Of a DNA stretch of 36,845 bases, positions 35,804-36,845 are shown piece by piece. The translations under genes and the position numbers were made by a program. Below the pieces are notes generated by a model. The model was not told the origin of the DNA and did no database searches. It was given only the letters and a program-made list of their open reading frames with translations. The DNA is from a bacterium (GTDB taxonomy: Bacteria > Eisenbacteria > RBG-16-71-46). The number at the start of each line of letters is the position of its first letter. Within the stretch, counting starts at the first letter, position 1. The stretch lies in NCBI GenBank assembly GCA_043779265.1, contig JAYWEM010000129.1, positions 1-36,845 on the forward strand, in the 5' to 3' direction.

Positions 35804-36826
35804 ATGTTCCGATCGCTGTGGAAGCGGATGTCGGGCCCGGAGACCCCGGCGTCCGGTCAGCCCCCGGAAGCCGCTGCCATCGAGGCGCGGCCCGAGGCGC
35901 TCGCGCCCCCGGCGGCATCGGTTCCCGCGACCGAAGTCACGAGCGTCGAGCCGCAGCTGCGGCGTGCTCTCGACTGGCGCGTGAAGGTGCTCATGGCCGA
36001 CCTGAGCCCCGAGGTCCAGAAGTCCGATGGACCGGCGCTCGTCGAGCTGGCGCTCCGCGACGAGGAGGCCGTGCTGCGGCAGACCCCGGGCGCAGCACTC
36101 GAAGCGCTCATGCTGGCGCGTGATGTCGATACGCCCGTCCACAAGCTGACCACGGTGTTCGAGAAGGATCCGATGCTGGCCCAGGCGCTGCTCCGCCTCG
36201 CCAACTCGGCGTGGCATCGCCGCGACAGCGACATGCTGACGTCGCTGCCGATGTCGGTGCAGCGGATCGGCCAGCGCGGCGTCCAGGGCGTGCTGACCGC
36301 GGCGCTCATCCAGCAGTCGCTGTGCCGACCGGGTGGCGGCTATGACGACCAGGTGCATCGTGTCTGGTCGCATATGCAGCGCACGGCGCCCTTGGCCCGC
36401 ACGCTGGCGCGCGCCTTCGGCGTCGATCCCGAGACGGCGTTCATGCAGGCACTGCTCCATGACGTGGGCAAGCTCGTGCTCTTCAGTCACATGACGAGCC
36501 TGCGGCTCTCGGTCAAACGCGAACTGAAGCTGCCCGACACGTTCTTCCGACCGATGCTCTGGCACCTGCACGAGCCTTTGGGCGGCCTCGCCGCCCTGCG
36601 TTGGGAACTCGGCGAGCAGTCGGCGCATGTCATCGGCACGCACCACCGCCGACCGGCGCCGACGAAGCCCGAGCTGGAGACCGAGGTCCTGTACGTGGCC
36701 GAGGCCCTCGAGCTGGCGCGCTGCAATGGCGCCAAGTTCGACCTGCCGAAACTATGGCAGGACGGCGCACTGACGGCGGATCAGGCGGAAGTGGAAGCGG
36801 CCATCACACAGTTGCCATCGGCCTGA
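35804..36826 (+). CDS. HDOD-domain protein (tandem paralog)
   Basis: AGGAGG RBS; DPMLAQALLRLANSAW, VQRIG, ALLHDVGK, HH. Confidence 0.9.
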   Translation: MFRSLWKRMSGPETPASGQPPEAAAIEARPEALAPPAASVPATEVTSVEPQLRRALDWRVKVLMADLSPEVQKSDGPALVELALRDEEAVLRQTPGAALEALMLARDVDTPVHKLTTVFEKDPMLAQALLRLANSAWHRRDSDMLTSLPMSVQRIGQRGVQGVLTAALIQQSLCRPGGGYDDQVHRVWSHMQRTAPLARTLARAFGVDPETAFMQALLHDVGKLVLFSHMTSLRLSVKRELKLPDTFFRPMLWHLHEPLGGLAALRWELGEQSAHVIGTHHRRPAPTKPELETEVLYVAEALELARCNGAKFDLPKLWQDGALTADQAEVEAAITQLPSA

Positions 36827-36845
36827 CGCTCAGGCGCATCCGGCG

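Overview
High-GC bacterial window. The T9SS/FlgD-like C-terminal domains and a C-terminal TWGxxK motif suggest an FCB-group candidate phylum such as Ca. Eisenbacteria (inference). From left to right: (1) a minus-strand signal-peptide/TPR/CHAT gene running off the left edge, missed by the ORF track; (2) a DUF2269-like membrane gene and two large secreted proteins (M12-type metalloprotease with FG-GAP repeats; BNR/Asp-box propeller with a PPC-like insert); (3) two distantly related orphan secreted genes, the first broken and ending in TWGHLKTRYR, separated by a 42-bp palindrome; (4) an ARG-box-led operon argR-C-B-D-G-H(A fusion)-F with no argE/argJ; (5) a run of small accessory genes; (6) a ~7 kb island bracketed by two broken copies of one GNAT gene, carrying higBA, a type I R-M deletion scar (hsdM fused to the hsdR tail) and a secreted transglutaminase-like gene; (7) an OmpR-family two-component system followed by two paralogous uncharacterised secreted proteins and a beta-barrel, with matching 11-bp-spaced operator repeats (the best candidate for an undescribed system); (8) two tandem HDOD genes behind a structured leader. 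I saw no rRNA, tRNA, CRISPR array, integrase or transposase. All calls are from reading motifs by eye; no database searches were run.
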